Positions 21,653 through 33,697 of a stretch of 64,000 bases of DNA are shown here, in pieces. The position numbers and the translations under genes are program-made. Below the pieces are notes generated by a model. That model was not told where the DNA came from. It saw only the letters and a program-made list of their open reading frames with translations, and ran no database searches. Each line of letters opens with the position of its first letter. The stretch's first letter is position 1. The stretch is from Squalus acanthias (Eukaryota), in the NCBI GenBank assembly GCA_030390025.1, contig JASTWF010000334.1, forward strand, positions 434,001-498,000, written 5' to 3'.

Positions 21653-24190
21653 ATGATGGGAGCTTTAGAGATAGGTTTAGTTAAAGTTTATTCAGCGAAC
21701 ATTGAAGTTTACGTGAGGCGAGGTCAGGGGACCCGCTCACCCTTCACAAAAGCCAGAGACTCTTGCGAGGCTGGCTACCTCATTCTATCTGATCACAGGA
21801 ACAAAGGAAGAATGGAACGAATTATAGTATTGCTCGCGGCAATCGGATGTGGATTGGCCTATCGAGGCCGCACCAAGGATGTCGTGGTGTTTGGATGCTC
21901 CGGGGACACGGCCCCCATCGCGGTGGATGGGACCGGAAGGCGGGAGGCTGAGGAGACCACCACCTATTTCCACAAGGGAAGGTGGCCAGGATGGCTGGGA
22001 ACGAACTCAACGGAGTATTCCAGCACATCGGGGTTTGCCTACCAAGAGACTTCTTTAATGTGCCCCAAAGTAAGGATCATCGCACCCAGGATCAGCGTCA
22101 CCGTCGGCAAACGGATTTGTTTGACTTGTAGTGGGAATGTCCCATTGAGCCGATGGTGGTGGCTGCAAAAGCTGAGCAAAAACATGAGGAACTCTTCGGT
22201 CGAGTGGGAACGACTGGGTAATAATACCCATCGGACAATTACGGGGACAAACGGACAAGTGAGAGTCTGTTGGGACAAATGGTGGGAACCGGATGAGGGA
22301 ATTTATGTATGTATGTGGGGGTCAAAGTACGCTTGCCCCAAAGGCATCTCCATATTTTTCATTAATCAATGGCAGGTTAACGGACAGGGGATGAGGTGGG
22401 ATGCGAGCACCAGGCGGTGCGGAGCCCCATACTCTTCGATCCCGGTAAATGCCACTGAACTCATTACGCGCCCACGCAAAGCCCCGCCCACGATTCCGGT
22501 GGTTCTAGCTAAAGAGGAAGGGTGCCCTAAAACCAGTAAGGGACCCGGGTGCCCTAAAACCAGTAAGGGACCCGGGAATGGTTTGGTACTGGTCCCCACA
22601 GACCAGATACTATTTCAGGGGGTACATTACGCGGTGGCCTCGGTGATTTTAAATCTCACCGAGGTGCGGTTACCAGAGTGGTGCCCCAAAAAGACGGAAC
22701 AGTTATATCAGGTCCTGTTGACCAAGATGTTCAGACAATTTTACGAATTCGATTTCGCGGAAATTGATAAAACAAGTTTGTACACTGCACCACATGAAGT
22801 TTTTGATCAAGTGGGGAGGCAAAGAAGGGGTGTAGTGAACGACGCGTTCACTGCTTTTAACACGGGTACATCTGTGGTCAACGCTCTAGACAGTGTGGAG
22901 CTGCAGACCCAGATTAATGGTTTAAAGACGCAATTAAAAGACATTCTAACAGATGAAAATAAGGTGGTTGGGTCGGGTTTACACGAGGACCAAGCCATGA
23001 CTCTCCATTAAAAGGAAATTATAGCAGAGCTAGAGAAACACGCGAGAACGGTAAATGCCCTGATTAGGGAAGATCGGAATGCATCCGATCAAGCTGCGCA
23101 GAATGAGGTGTGCGTGCTTTATGGGGCGTGGTTACTGGGCGAGGGCCGCAGTAATTTGGAGGATTTAAAACAAGGTTTGGTCCCGTCCTGGATAAGTAAC
23201 AAACACCTGCGGGCGCTCCACCCTTTTCAGAACGCATTAAGCCCGTGCCAGCTCAGGCTAGTTTCAGAAGCATACCCAGTCCCCGTGGACTGCGGACGAT
23301 CAAACCATACTATCATGGGTATAGTACTACGTATGCCGGTTTTGGGCGACACAGCAAAGCCCGCCCCGGTGTATCGGGTAGAGAACATTGGTGTCATTCA
23401 CGGGGGAGCCCACATTCGCTATGCAGCGGTTCCACCCTACGTCATCCGCTGGGAGCAAACGATGACAGGTACAGATCTCTCTGGTTGTCGTGGCAGGGGA
23501 GCACACATAATACTGTGTCCCCAGCACTTGAATGCCTTTTTAACACCACAGTGCGAGTTCAGAACGGCTGGCGCCAAGTCCATGAATTGCACCATGGAGG
23601 CAATGGCACAAGATCATGTGCCTCCGCAGGTAGCATACATCGGGGGTGGAACATATTGTGTTACCACTGCAGCGCAACACTACCAGCATGGAAACCGTAG
23701 CCGGTGTCCGGTGAGTGACAGCAGTTTCTGTTTCAAACCCAGGGCGGAAGTTCAAGTTGCACAACAGCGAATTGTCCCAATCCCTGAACCATCCACTGTT
23801 CATCTAACAGTAAAAGAGAATTTCACCGACTTGCAGCGATTCGTCGCGCATTTCGGATACCTCATTCCCCCTCTCCCTGAACACCTCATCAAGCTTTTGA
23901 AAGCCGTCGCGGTGTCACAAAAACATTTTTACACACTGGAGCAGAAAACTGTCGAAATAGGGACAGACATTCTGGATATAGTAATTCCACCGTGGTGGAA
24001 TCTGTTCACCAACATTGAAGTGCCTTCATGGATCAGAATAGCCTCCCACATTTTAGTTGTATGCCAAGTGTTTATTGCAGTGTACCTATTGGTCGTACAT
24101 TGTAAGAGAGGCAAACGCCTCACCAAGCACGAAAACACGGGAGAGTGGCGAGAACGTTACGTGCGCGTGCACGACGAAAGCACCGTGTAA
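21653..24190 (+). pseudogene. env: env of outer provirus (nonsense TTA>TAA at 23009-23011)
   Basis: ORFs 21653-23011 and 23108-24190 share a frame; colinear with the inner env; 27-bp duplication GCPKTSKGP x2. Confidence 0.92.
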
Positions 24191-24625
24191 TCGGAAAATG
24201 GCGTCACTCCCGCTTGCCACGTGCGCCGCGGAAGTGTTGTACTCGATCGTGATTTTTCAGAAACTGTAAATACGTTTGGAACTCGACATGTTTAAGAGTT
24301 GGTGTTTGATTATTTTGGTGATGGTGTTGTAGTTAAGAATGATTGTTTGGTTTTGTTTTGTTTTTCCTTTCCCTAAATAAAAATATGAATATACAGGTGA
24401 TACGAGAGGCATCGGCCTGGTTACGCCTGGAAGGAAAACAAGTGGTGTAAGTTTAAAGGCAAATAATGCCTGCGGTATTATAAGAATGTAATTTTCTTGG
24501 GAAATAAGGACGACGCAAAGACCCTAGATAGTTTAAGTTATGGGATTAATTTTCTGGATCTGGAGAAATCGAGATATATTGCTCACCACAATATTTTTGA
24601 TACGATAAGCAGAGTTATTCGCATC

Positions 24626-24637
24626 AACAGGAGGGAC
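24626..24637 (+). promoter_or_regulatory. Polypurine tract, outer provirus
   Basis: AACAGGAGGGAC directly before TGTAGAA. Confidence 0.8.
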
Positions 24638-26348
24638 TGTAGAATTTGCAATATATCACGATTTTATAAATAAGGAGAAAACACATAGTTTCGTTCAAAC
24701 AGCTTTTATTTCAGCAGAATGCTGTCAGGTTTTCAAAGTGGACACAAGCAGCTTGTAAAATGGCCACCACGCCTCGTGGCAGAACATTCTAGACTTTTCG
24801 ACAGGCAGACAAGATGGCGTTCCAATAAACATTTGTGCAAGATCGATCAAGACTCAGCACATTTAAGATAATACACGAGACATCATGGGTTTGCAGTATA
24901 CACATAAATACTGAAATCGGTCTCCCAGGTGCGAATAAGGGCTATTGTACCAAGTAATCAAGAACCCATCCAAAGACATTAATATGCAAAATCCCAACGA
25001 CTCTACGATGAGAGAGCCGTTAGCGGGTAGTTACAGAAAACATGTGGAAGCCCCAAAACCCCTCCAGGGAGAACACCGACCGATTAAACAATGGGAAAAG
25101 TATTAACAGGTACTCAGACAATTACGAGTATCCCCGAAACCCATTAAAACAGAGATCACCCTATACAAGAAATTTGAGCGCCAAACCCTAACAAAAGACA
25201 AGACATTAAGGTTGGGCGGGAAAAGGAAGATTTTGCACTATAACTGCAAGCTCCAACCGTCCATCTTTCTCTTATCCTCTTATTCGGTTGACTCTTATCC
25301 TCGTGGCTGCTCCTGTTGCTCTTATCCTTTCGACTCCTTGCCGCCTGCCTCGTGTCTCTGCCTCTTGCAGCTTTTAAAGACTGTTGAACTTTACGATCCG
25401 CTCGGATCTACCTCGTGGCGTGCCGCGAAGATCTGTGTGGAACTGGGCTTTGAAGCCTTGAAGCGGGCGCACCATCCCGAGAAGTCGGTAAACGGTGTTG
25501 GAACCGAAGGCCCGAGATGAGATGAGATGAGATGAGATGAGATGAGTAGAGAAGAAGACCATACGTATTGCCACAGTCAGTAAGCTCCGACCGCGCCTGT
25601 AGGTCAAATAGACACTTTCCTTGCCAGGAAGACTTCTTCGAGTTTTACAGAACTGCCAGGAAGACTATTCTTCGAATTCTATCGCATCAGTGCGAGGGCA
25701 CAGGAAGACTCTTTTTTGAGCAGTGTCGGAACTCCGAGGACAACACAGATCTTCATGACAGCAGACGGTCCAGCCTGCTAGCCGGAGCAGAAACGAGTAA
25801 ACAAGTGGGGTACAGAGACCCCTGATCGACACGTGGGTGCTGCGGTGAAAAACATCCGATCAGAGTTTTCGGAATTCTCCGAGTTATCACGAGTGGTGAG
25901 CATGAGTCTCGATCCTACAAATCTAGCTTAGGGCAGATATTGATAGGGGAGGGTTTAAGTTTTAAGGATAATTGTAATGTGTGCCCCCATTTACGATGTG
26001 TCGTTCGTTCCTCGTTTCCCTGAAATTAGTTACATAACTGCGTGTAAGATTGTACTGTCATTAATCTGTGCTTATGACATGTATTTCGTAATCTTAAATA
26101 ATATGCAATAAAGATCTTCCATTTCGTACCATTCAACCGGGTCTACCTGAGTTTTACCTCCATTACTGCTCTCGCATCTAAGTCCAGTGTCAGAACCGTA
26201 AGGGCGAGTGGGTCGAACCACTCACAGGTGTCTAGTGTTACCAGACTGGCTGGAGACCAGAACAGGCGACAAGGCCTAACCTCGCACTAGCATCCAGGCT
26301 GCACAGAGCCACACGAATCTCACAGGTTCAGAGAGAAAAACCCTTACA
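24638..26348 (+). repeat. Outer provirus 3' LTR (1711 bp)
   Basis: Direct repeat of 3963-5673, followed by TSD GGCA. Confidence 0.97.
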
Positions 26349-26626
26349 GGCATGGAGAACAACATGAATGAAACCAACCCGCAACCCCTAAGCCGTCCAA
26401 GGCAGCAATGAGTCCAAAGACCAAACATGTACATTTTGAATACAAAAACTTATTTATTTTACAAACTCTCTGTGTGTCATTTCTTCATGACAAACTAATA
26501 GAAACAAATACAAAAAATCATTCATTAACATAACTGGTTCTCACAACCTGGAGATAATGTCCAAAACACTAAACAAAAGTTTGAACGCGAACCTCGGCCT
26601 TTAATAAAAAATTGACCAACATTTCG

Positions 26627-28701
26627 TCACACCTCCTTCGAGGGTGATCTCCTTCCCTTGCGCACTTCCCCCCTTCCCACCCTACTGCTCCTCCGTAATA
26701 GGGCCCCAGTGGCTGCAGCAAGGCTGGTGGAAGGCTGCTGATTGTCAGAACCTGAGACTGCAGATGCCCTTGAAGGACGGCCTCGACCAGCTCTGGGCCT
26801 GGAGGGCCCGACTGCAGACTGCACCAACTCTGCATGGGTGGCAGCAGTCTGGGCTACAGGCGGTGGCAAGTGCAGTGGGGAAGTGACAGTGGTGGCAGCA
26901 GGAATGCTGTCATCTTGAGAGAGAAATGAGAAGTCGCACAACACCAGGTTATAGTCCAACAGTTTTATTTAAAATTACGAGCTTTCGGAGCTCCGCTCCT
27001 TCTTCAGGTAAAGGTACAGTGAGGGAATCGATTACACAGTATATATACACAGAGAACAATTTGTTCAATTTGTTCAAATTGTTCTCTGTGTATATATACT
27101 GTTGGACTATAACCTGTGTTGTGCGACTTCTGATTTTTGTCCACCCCAGTCCAACACCGGCATCTCCGCATCATGATCTTGAGAGAGGACAGCAACTCCC
27201 TGCTCGACCGACACACTGACACTCCCACGGGGCAGCACTTCAGCATCCAGAGCAATCTGCTGGAGCACAGATTGCTGGCCTGCTGCGGTGCAGTGAGAGC
27301 CCCAGGGAAATGTGTCCAAACCAGCGAGAATGGCAGCAGTCAGTGCTTGCATGACCTCAATCTGAGTCTGCATGAGAGCAGTCTGAGATGGGATCACGGC
27401 AGCCACTGACTGAATTGCAGCATTAAGCGTGGCATCCGCCTGTGCTACAGCGAAGTGATCCACACTCCTTGCCAGTGCTTCAATGCATTCGGGCACCCTT
27501 CCCACTGCACCCATGAGCTGAGTGTGCATGTGCACCGCCTGGGTGTTCATTTCAGCGATGAGCCGCTCCTCCTCTGCGTCCAGTGCAGCAGGACTCGCTG
27601 GCCTACTCTCCCTCCGGGGAGAAGGCCCCCGAGCTTCCCTAGCCACATCGCGTTGCTGCAGCCCGCTGGGTCCTGGAGCTTCACCCTCATCAGACCCTTC
27701 CCCCCTGCTCACCTCCAGGGAAGACGTGTTCCCAGTGTGGGCATGGGCTTCCTCGGGAGAGGGTGGCGCTGATGCTCCTGCTTCCTCTTCCTCCTCACCT
27801 GCAGCTTCACTCCCACTGGCAGCTTGAGGGCCCATCTCCTCAGCTGGCGAATCACCATCTGAAAGCAGGGAGGTACAAGAGTGGCTTTAGCGTGAGGACA
27901 GGGGGGCAGTAAGGGAGGAAGGAGTGGAGCGATTTAGTAAGTTGGATTGAAAGTGTCAAAGGCTGGTGTTGTGAGGGACAAGTGGAATGAGAGAGGAGAA
28001 AAAGGTGATAACCTTACCATTGCTGTCCAGAAGGGGGTCAGCCTCTCCAGGGGCGACGGGACCGATCACCTGGTTTGCCACAATCCTGTGGACGCGTGCC
28101 TCAAGATCGTGTAGGGGTTGCAGTTGAGGCCGCCCTCCACCCGTCCGTTGCTGCTGTCTCCTATTATGAAATAGCTTGGCCTGCAAGAAAAAGGACGGCG
28201 TCTGAGTAAATTTACAGCCATGGTCTTGCCTGATGTGCCTTCCATAGTTGAATAGCCCTTAATGTAAGCAGCCATGGTCTTGCCTGATGTGCCTCCTATA
28301 GTTGAATAGCCCTTACTGTATGCAAAGTGTGGAATGTACGTCTGTGTTTCATGAGAGGGACATAGGTGTTGGATCAGTGTTGGGCATTGGGATTTTAAGA
28401 CCCTCTGGCCATAGAGTGAGGTTGAGATGGAGGGATGGAGAGGTATTGAAAAACAGCCACTCACCCTGACGACCCGAGTGAGGTCATTAAACTTTTTGCG
28501 ACATTGAGTATGGGTCCTGGGCACCATGCTCCTGGAGGAGATGTGCTGAGCCACCTCCCTCCACACTCTTCTGTACTCGCGCGGCAAAGGCCTCCTGCCA
28601 CTCTCAGGGAAGAGTATAGATCTTCTGCACTCCACCGCGCCAACCAGAGCCTCCAAGGCCTACTCGCTGAAGCGCTGAGCTCGTTCTCTCACCCTCTCCA
28701 T
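26627..28701 (-). pseudogene. Harbinger Myb/SANT-like DNA-binding gene, 3 exons (28701-28465, 28180-28018, 27858-26627)
   Basis: MERVRERAQRFSE*ALEALV..WREVAQHI..RTHTQCRKKFNDLTR|GTGAGT; exon 2 AKLFHNRRQQQRTGGG..|GTAAGG; exon 3 frame is restored (..VLSQD/DSIPAA..) when the 26924-27175 insertion is removed. Confidence 0.85.
26924..27175. mobile_element. Penelope-derived fold-back insertion (inverted pseudo-LTR ends) with a hammerhead motif
   Basis: 12-bp TSD ATCTTGAGAGAG (26912-26923 / 27176-27187); arms match the pLTR at 33600-33697; hammerhead on - at 26975-27011. Confidence 0.85.
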
Positions 28702-29339
28702 AGTCCTTGGCTGGAAAATGTAGTCCCAGGTCTCTCCAGGCCGAGATTGAAGGCTCCAATGAGCAGGGTGTGGCTGGAGGGCAAGATCGACCCTCCCCTT
28801 TAAGAACTGTCCGGTGCCAGTGTGTCTGTGTTCCATCGCTAATTGACATCACCTGCGCTGTGCCCGCGCTCTGAGTTAGTGCCTCGCTCCTCGGCCTTTG
28901 CGCCTTAAGGCAGGTGTGTAGCGCCTGATTTAGCACTCCAATCACCTCCAGGGGCAATAAAAGCCAAGTTTGCAGTCGGAGGCGATAATTAGCGCCAGGC
29001 GCTAAACTTTGTGCCCGGCCGATAATCGCGCCTCAAACGGGGCGATACTGAATTTCTCCCCCCTAGTCTTTTACTGCCGTCGGCCAGGATAAATATATCC
29101 TGGTCTGATGAAGAGCAGATGTTTAAAGATTTCAATGGACTTCAAGTGATCAACGGTTTCGCCGCTGGGCACTTGAAGACTCCAGGACAGGTTAAGTTCG
29201 TATTTAATCCATGTGTTAGTGGTTAAATAAAAGATCTCTGGGAGACAGTGTATCTGTGTGGTTTTCTGTTACAAGTGGATTCAGGTCTATGAACCTCACT
29301 CTAACACTTAATGTGTGAGGTGTGAAAGTCTTAAATAAT

Positions 29340-30188
29340 TCCTAGCCTGGTCATGCACCACCTTGGCCTGCAAGAGATAGGGAAGTTTGTCAGTGAGTGT
29401 GGTGCAATGTGTTTGGGCGATGTGGCTGTCATGGTTGAATAGCTGGCACTGTGTGCAAGCTGTGAGATGTGGGTATGAGGCTTGCAGCAGTGGTTCATGT
29501 GTGAGGGTGAGGTGAAGCTATGATTGTGAGGTATGAGTTGTGATTGCTGGAGATTGTTGGTAGGTGAGTGATGGAGTGTGGTGCATTGAGCAGTGTGTGA
29601 GGCTAGTGGTGTAGTTGGTGAGATATGGCTTTTGAAGATGTATTCTCTGACCTTGACCACTCGTGTGAGGTCATTAAACTTCTTTTGGCGCTGGATCCAG
29701 TTTCTGGGGGAAAGACTGGTGGCACTGACCGCTTCAGCAATCTGCTTCCACTGCCTTTTTACAGTCAGTTTGGAGGGCCTCCAGCCCCCCTGCGGCAGAG
29801 AACTCGTCTCCTCCTTTCGACCCCCTGCACTAAGTGCTGCGTCTGAGAAACTAGGCACCCTTTCTCTGCCCTGTTGAGCCATAGCTACCTTACAGTTTCC
29901 TTTACAACACTTACAATGAGGTGCTTATTTCAGAAAGCACCTCCCCTTTAAGAAGTGAAGACTGCATTTCAAACTGTAGGCTAGCTTTAAAAAGAGATCA
30001 CAAAATTGGGCCCCCTGCTGAGCTGTCAGTCAATCAGCAGCGCTGCCTGCATTGGTTCAATGCTTCAATCATGTAAATTAGCTGCAGCACAAATGTTGGG
30101 TGCTGCCTGCATTATTTTCAACGGGCGTGGGCAGAGCCTGCATTGCGATCCACGTGCCCGTTTTTGTACGTTATCGAATTTTTAGCCC
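29340..30188 (-). mobile_element. Second Harbinger remnant (Myb/SANT exon 1 and element end)
   Basis: MAQQGRERVPSFSDAAL..WKQIAEAVSA..RNWIQRQKKFNDLTRVVK; terminal-like GAATTTTTAGCCC near 30177-30188. Confidence 0.7.
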
Positions 30189-30592
30189 ATTATCTTTGTT
30201 TTCACTACAAAAAGCAGATTCCAGGCAACTAACCTTGTACGTTGAGTGTTAGAGAAAGTTGGCTAATGGGCCACCAGTTCTTCAGTTTTCTGTATTCTTA
30301 CCACATCATTGTACTCACGCCTGTCAGGCACATACTTTCCATCACAGCACCCACTTTTATTCATAGGCTGATCTGTTAAACAGGTTAATTCAATGAGTAG
30401 AGCACTCAATGTGCTGATCTGTACACAAACAGCAGTCTTGGCCAGTTCACAAGGGGTGAGAAAAAAGAATCAAAGTTGAGGTGAGTTTTTGTACGCAGAT
30501 TGACATGGAGAACTCAGCTTTGTTGCTGTTGTGAGGTCATTTATTTCTTTCTACATTGGACCCTGGTCCTGGGGTGATGCTGTTGGCACTGA

Positions 30593-31120
30593 CCCTGATA
30601 ATCCTCAATCTGTGTCCTGATAATCCTCAATCTGTGTCCCTGATAATCCTCAATCTGTCTCCTGATAATCCTGAATCTGTCTCCTGATTATCCTCAATCT
30701 GTCTCCTGATAATCCTCAATCTGTCTTCTGATAATCCTGAATCTGTCTCCTGATAATCCTCAATCTGTGTCCCTGATAATCCTCAATCTGTGCCCCTGAT
30801 AATCCTCAATCTGTGTCCCTGATAATCCTCAATCTGTGTCCCTGATAATCCTCAAACTGTGTCCCTGATAATCCTCAATCTGAGCCCCTGATAATCCTCA
30901 ATCTGTGTCCTGATAATCCTCAATCTGTGCCCCTGATAATCCTCAATCAGTGTCCCTGATAATCCTCAATCTGTGTCCCTGATAATCCTCAATCTGTGTC
31001 TCTGATAATCCTCAATCTGTGTCCCTGATAATCCTCAATCTGTGTCCTGATAATCCTCAATCTGTGTCCCTGATAATCCTCAATCTGTGTCCTGATAATC
31101 CTCAATCTTTGTCCCTGATA
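30593..31120 (-). repeat. 22/23-bp satellite array, opposite orientation to the main array
   Basis: Tandem CTGATAATCCTCAATCTGTGTC(C)C; degenerate units resume at 32101-32165. Confidence 0.95.
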
Positions 31121-32097
31121 ATTTTGTTTTATAACGCTCCTATGAAGCACTTTGGGAGGTGTTACTGTGTTAAAGGCACTATATAAGTGCAAGTTGTTGT
31201 TGTTGTTGTGTGGTGAGTTAACTCGTATATCATGATAATAGTGCACCAATTTCACGATTTTATAAAAATGCCTGTCAGTCTCCCTAATGATTGTATTGCC
31301 TGTGACTGCTACATTTCTACACTTTGCTGTGTCCCCACGGTGCCGTGTCTTTCCTCTGCACTGCACTCCCTCAAGGTGTTGGCGACCCTCACCGGTAATC
31401 AGCTCTGAAAACCGGTTTGTCAGCGCCGCAATCCCTGATGACTCCTTGTTGAGGGAAAATATTGGCCAGGACACCGAGAGAACTCTTCGAATAATGCCAT
31501 GGGATCTTTTATGTCCATCTGAGAGGACCTTAGTTTTACGTCTCATCCAAAAGACAGAACCTGCCATAATGCAGCACTCCCTCAGTGCTGCACTGAAGTG
31601 TCGGTCTGGATTACGGGTTCGAGTCCCTGGAGTGGGCCTTGAACACATGACTTTCTGACTCAATGACAAGAGTGCTACCACTAAACCAAGGAGCCAGCTC
31701 CTTCACGGAGCCAGCACAGGCCACATGGGTTGAATGGAGCAAAGGACAGGGGAATGTGATTATATATCTGAGCTTTTCTGAGAGCTTCCACAGGCACAAT
31801 GGGCCGAATGGTCTCCTTCGGTGCCATTGTATAAATCTAACTCCAAGCACTCGCAGTATCGCTAGAGGCGTACAGGTGGTGGTCTCATCAGTGCCACCAG
31901 GAGGACTACACTGGAACTGCAGCATCCTCACTTGCTGCAATGTAAGTTTTTGTTAGATCGTGAAATTGGTGCAACTATTAACATGATCAGTGAGTGACCT
32001 CACCACACAACAACAACAACAGCAACTTGCATTTATGTAGCCACTTTAAAGTAGTAAAAAGTCCAAAGGTGCTCACAGGAGCGTTATCAGACAAAAT
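31121..32097. repeat. ~1-kb segment bounded by ~140-bp imperfect inverted repeats, inserted in the satellite
   Basis: 31121-31258 is the approximate reverse complement of 31957-32097 (ATAACGCTCC..TGCAAGTTG(TTG)n..GCACCAATTTCACGAT). Confidence 0.7.
31445..31700 (-). mobile_element. tRNA-headed SINE (DeuSINE/SacSINE-like)
   Basis: Minus strand TAGTGGTAGCACTCT..GAGTCAGAA..GTTCAAG..CAGTGCAGCACTGAGGGAGTGCTGCA..AAAAGATCCCATGGC; second copy 47652-47910. Confidence 0.65.
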
Positions 32098-32503
32098 AAC
32101 CTGAAAATCCTCAATCTGTGTCCCTGAAAATTCTCAGTCTGTCCCCGATGATCCTCAATCTGTGCTCCTTTACTGTGACATTGGCAGCATCCTCTTTAGT
32201 GAAGACAGATGCAAAGTGCTCACTGAGTTCCTTAGCCATGCCCTCTGCCTCCACAAGATCTTTTTTTTGGTCCCTAATCGGCCCAACTCTTCCTTTGACC
32301 ATCCTTTTGCTATTTTTATGTTTATTAAACTGTTGGGTTCATAAGAACAAAAGAACATAAGACGTAGGAGCAGGAGTAGGTCATTTGGCCCCTCGAGCCT
32401 GCTCCGCCATTCAATAAGATCATGGCTGATATGATCTTCGCCTCAACTCCACTTCCCTTCCCGCTCCCCATAACCCTTGACTCCCTTACCATTCAAAAAT
32501 CTG

Positions 32504-33697
32504 CGATGGACACCTACGGACGCTGAAAAACGCCCTCGTAAGAACGGGATATGACGCTCGACTCATCGATCGACAGTTCCGACGGGCCACAGCGAAAAAT
32601 CGCATAGACCTCCTCAGAAGGCAAACACCGGACACAACCAACAGGGTACCCTACGTCGTCCAATACTTCCCCGGAGCGGAGAAACTACGCCATGTTCTTC
32701 GCAGCCTTCAACATGTCATCGATGACGATGAACACCTCGCTAAGGCCATCCCCACGCCTCCACTACTTGCCTTCAAACAGCCGCCTAACCTCAGAAGTAC
32801 CATCGTTCGCAGCAAATTACCCAGCTTTCAGGATAACAGCGACCACGACACCACACAACCCTGCCACGGCAACCTCTGCAAGACATGCCAGATCATCAAC
32901 ACAGATACCATCATCACACGTGAGGACACTACCCACCAGGTACATGGTACATACTCATGTGACTCGGCCAACGTTGTCTACCTCATACGTTGCAGGAAAG
33001 AATGCACCGCGGCATGGTACATCGGCGAGACCATGCAGACACTGAGACAACGTATGAATGGACACCGCGCAACAATCGCCAGGCAGGATTGTTACCTCCC
33101 AGTCGGGGAACACTTCAGCAGTCAAGGACATTCAGCCTCGGATCTGCGGGTAAGCGTTCTCCAAGGCGGCCTTAGAAACACACGACAACGCAAAATCATC
33201 GAGCAGAAACTGATAGCCAAGTTCCGCACTCATGAGGACGGCCTCAACCGGGATCTTGGGTTTATGTCACAATACATGACGTAAAGTCATCCAGACTCGA
33301 GTCGTCGTTGGCTTGTTCACAGATGTGATTCCCAGTAAAAAAGTAAATTTTTTTTTTAAGTTTATCGTTTTCCATACCGACTGCAGCTTTTGACACATTA
33401 GACCCCCTGTAACTCCACCTCATTGTCTCAGTTGTATCTTGCTATGTCTTTGATGTGGTGTCTTCCTGGCTGACCTGATTGCCTTTTGTCACACCTCGGC
33501 AGATAAACAGTCAGGAGGATTAAATGTAGTCGTCTACCATTGTAAGTTACACATGCATTGTTCTCTATCTATATATGCTTTGTTGATTTGGTATTTCTTC
33601 ACTTCACCTGACGAAGGAGCTCCGAAAGCTCCGAAAGCTTGTGATTTCAAATAAAACTGTTGGACTATAACCTGGTGTTGTGCGACTTCTCATTTTT
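32504..33697 (+). mobile_element. 5'-truncated Penelope-like element (RT thumb, Cys linker, GIY-YIG endonuclease, pLTR)
   Basis: Open frame ~32506-33284: ..AFKQPPNLR..PCHGNLCKTC..NVVYLIRC..WYIGETMQTLRQRMNGHR..GLNRD; 13-bp TSD ATTCAAAAATCTG (32491-32503 / 33698-33710). Confidence 0.93.
33604..33644 (+). ncRNA. Minimal type I hammerhead ribozyme in the Penelope pLTR
   Basis: TCAC-CTGACGA-A-GGAGC..GCTCC-GAAA-GC-TT-GTGA: stem I TCAC/GTGA, catalytic core, stem II, palindromic stem III remnant. Confidence 0.75.

Larger units (their letters stand above)
3963..26348 (+). mobile_element. Outer endogenous retrovirus (LTR-gag-pol-env-LTR; 12861 bp once the inner element is removed)
   Basis: Direct 1711-bp LTRs TGTA...TACA, 4-bp TSD GGCA (3959-3962 / 26349-26352), PBS, PPT, gag/pol/env motifs. 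Confidence 0.97.
2408..29062 (+). mobile_element. Harbinger/PIF DNA transposon (two convergent genes), left end truncated, interrupted by the ERV nest and a Penelope insertion
   Basis: Transposase on + (2774-3934), Myb/SANT gene on - (28701-26627), right TIR ACTGAATTTCTCCCCC 29047-29062. Both subterminal regions match the MITE at 35612-36503. Confidence 0.85.

Noticed and set aside
11819..24637. Tandem duplication or assembly artefact explaining two env genes and four LTRs
   Set aside because: Two distinct LTR types each pair correctly, each pair has its own TSD, and the gag/env copies are diverged.
30228..30375. Possible host exon on - (QPMNKSGCCDGKYVPDRREYNDV)
   Set aside because: Plausible splice sites but no recognisable domain or partner exons.
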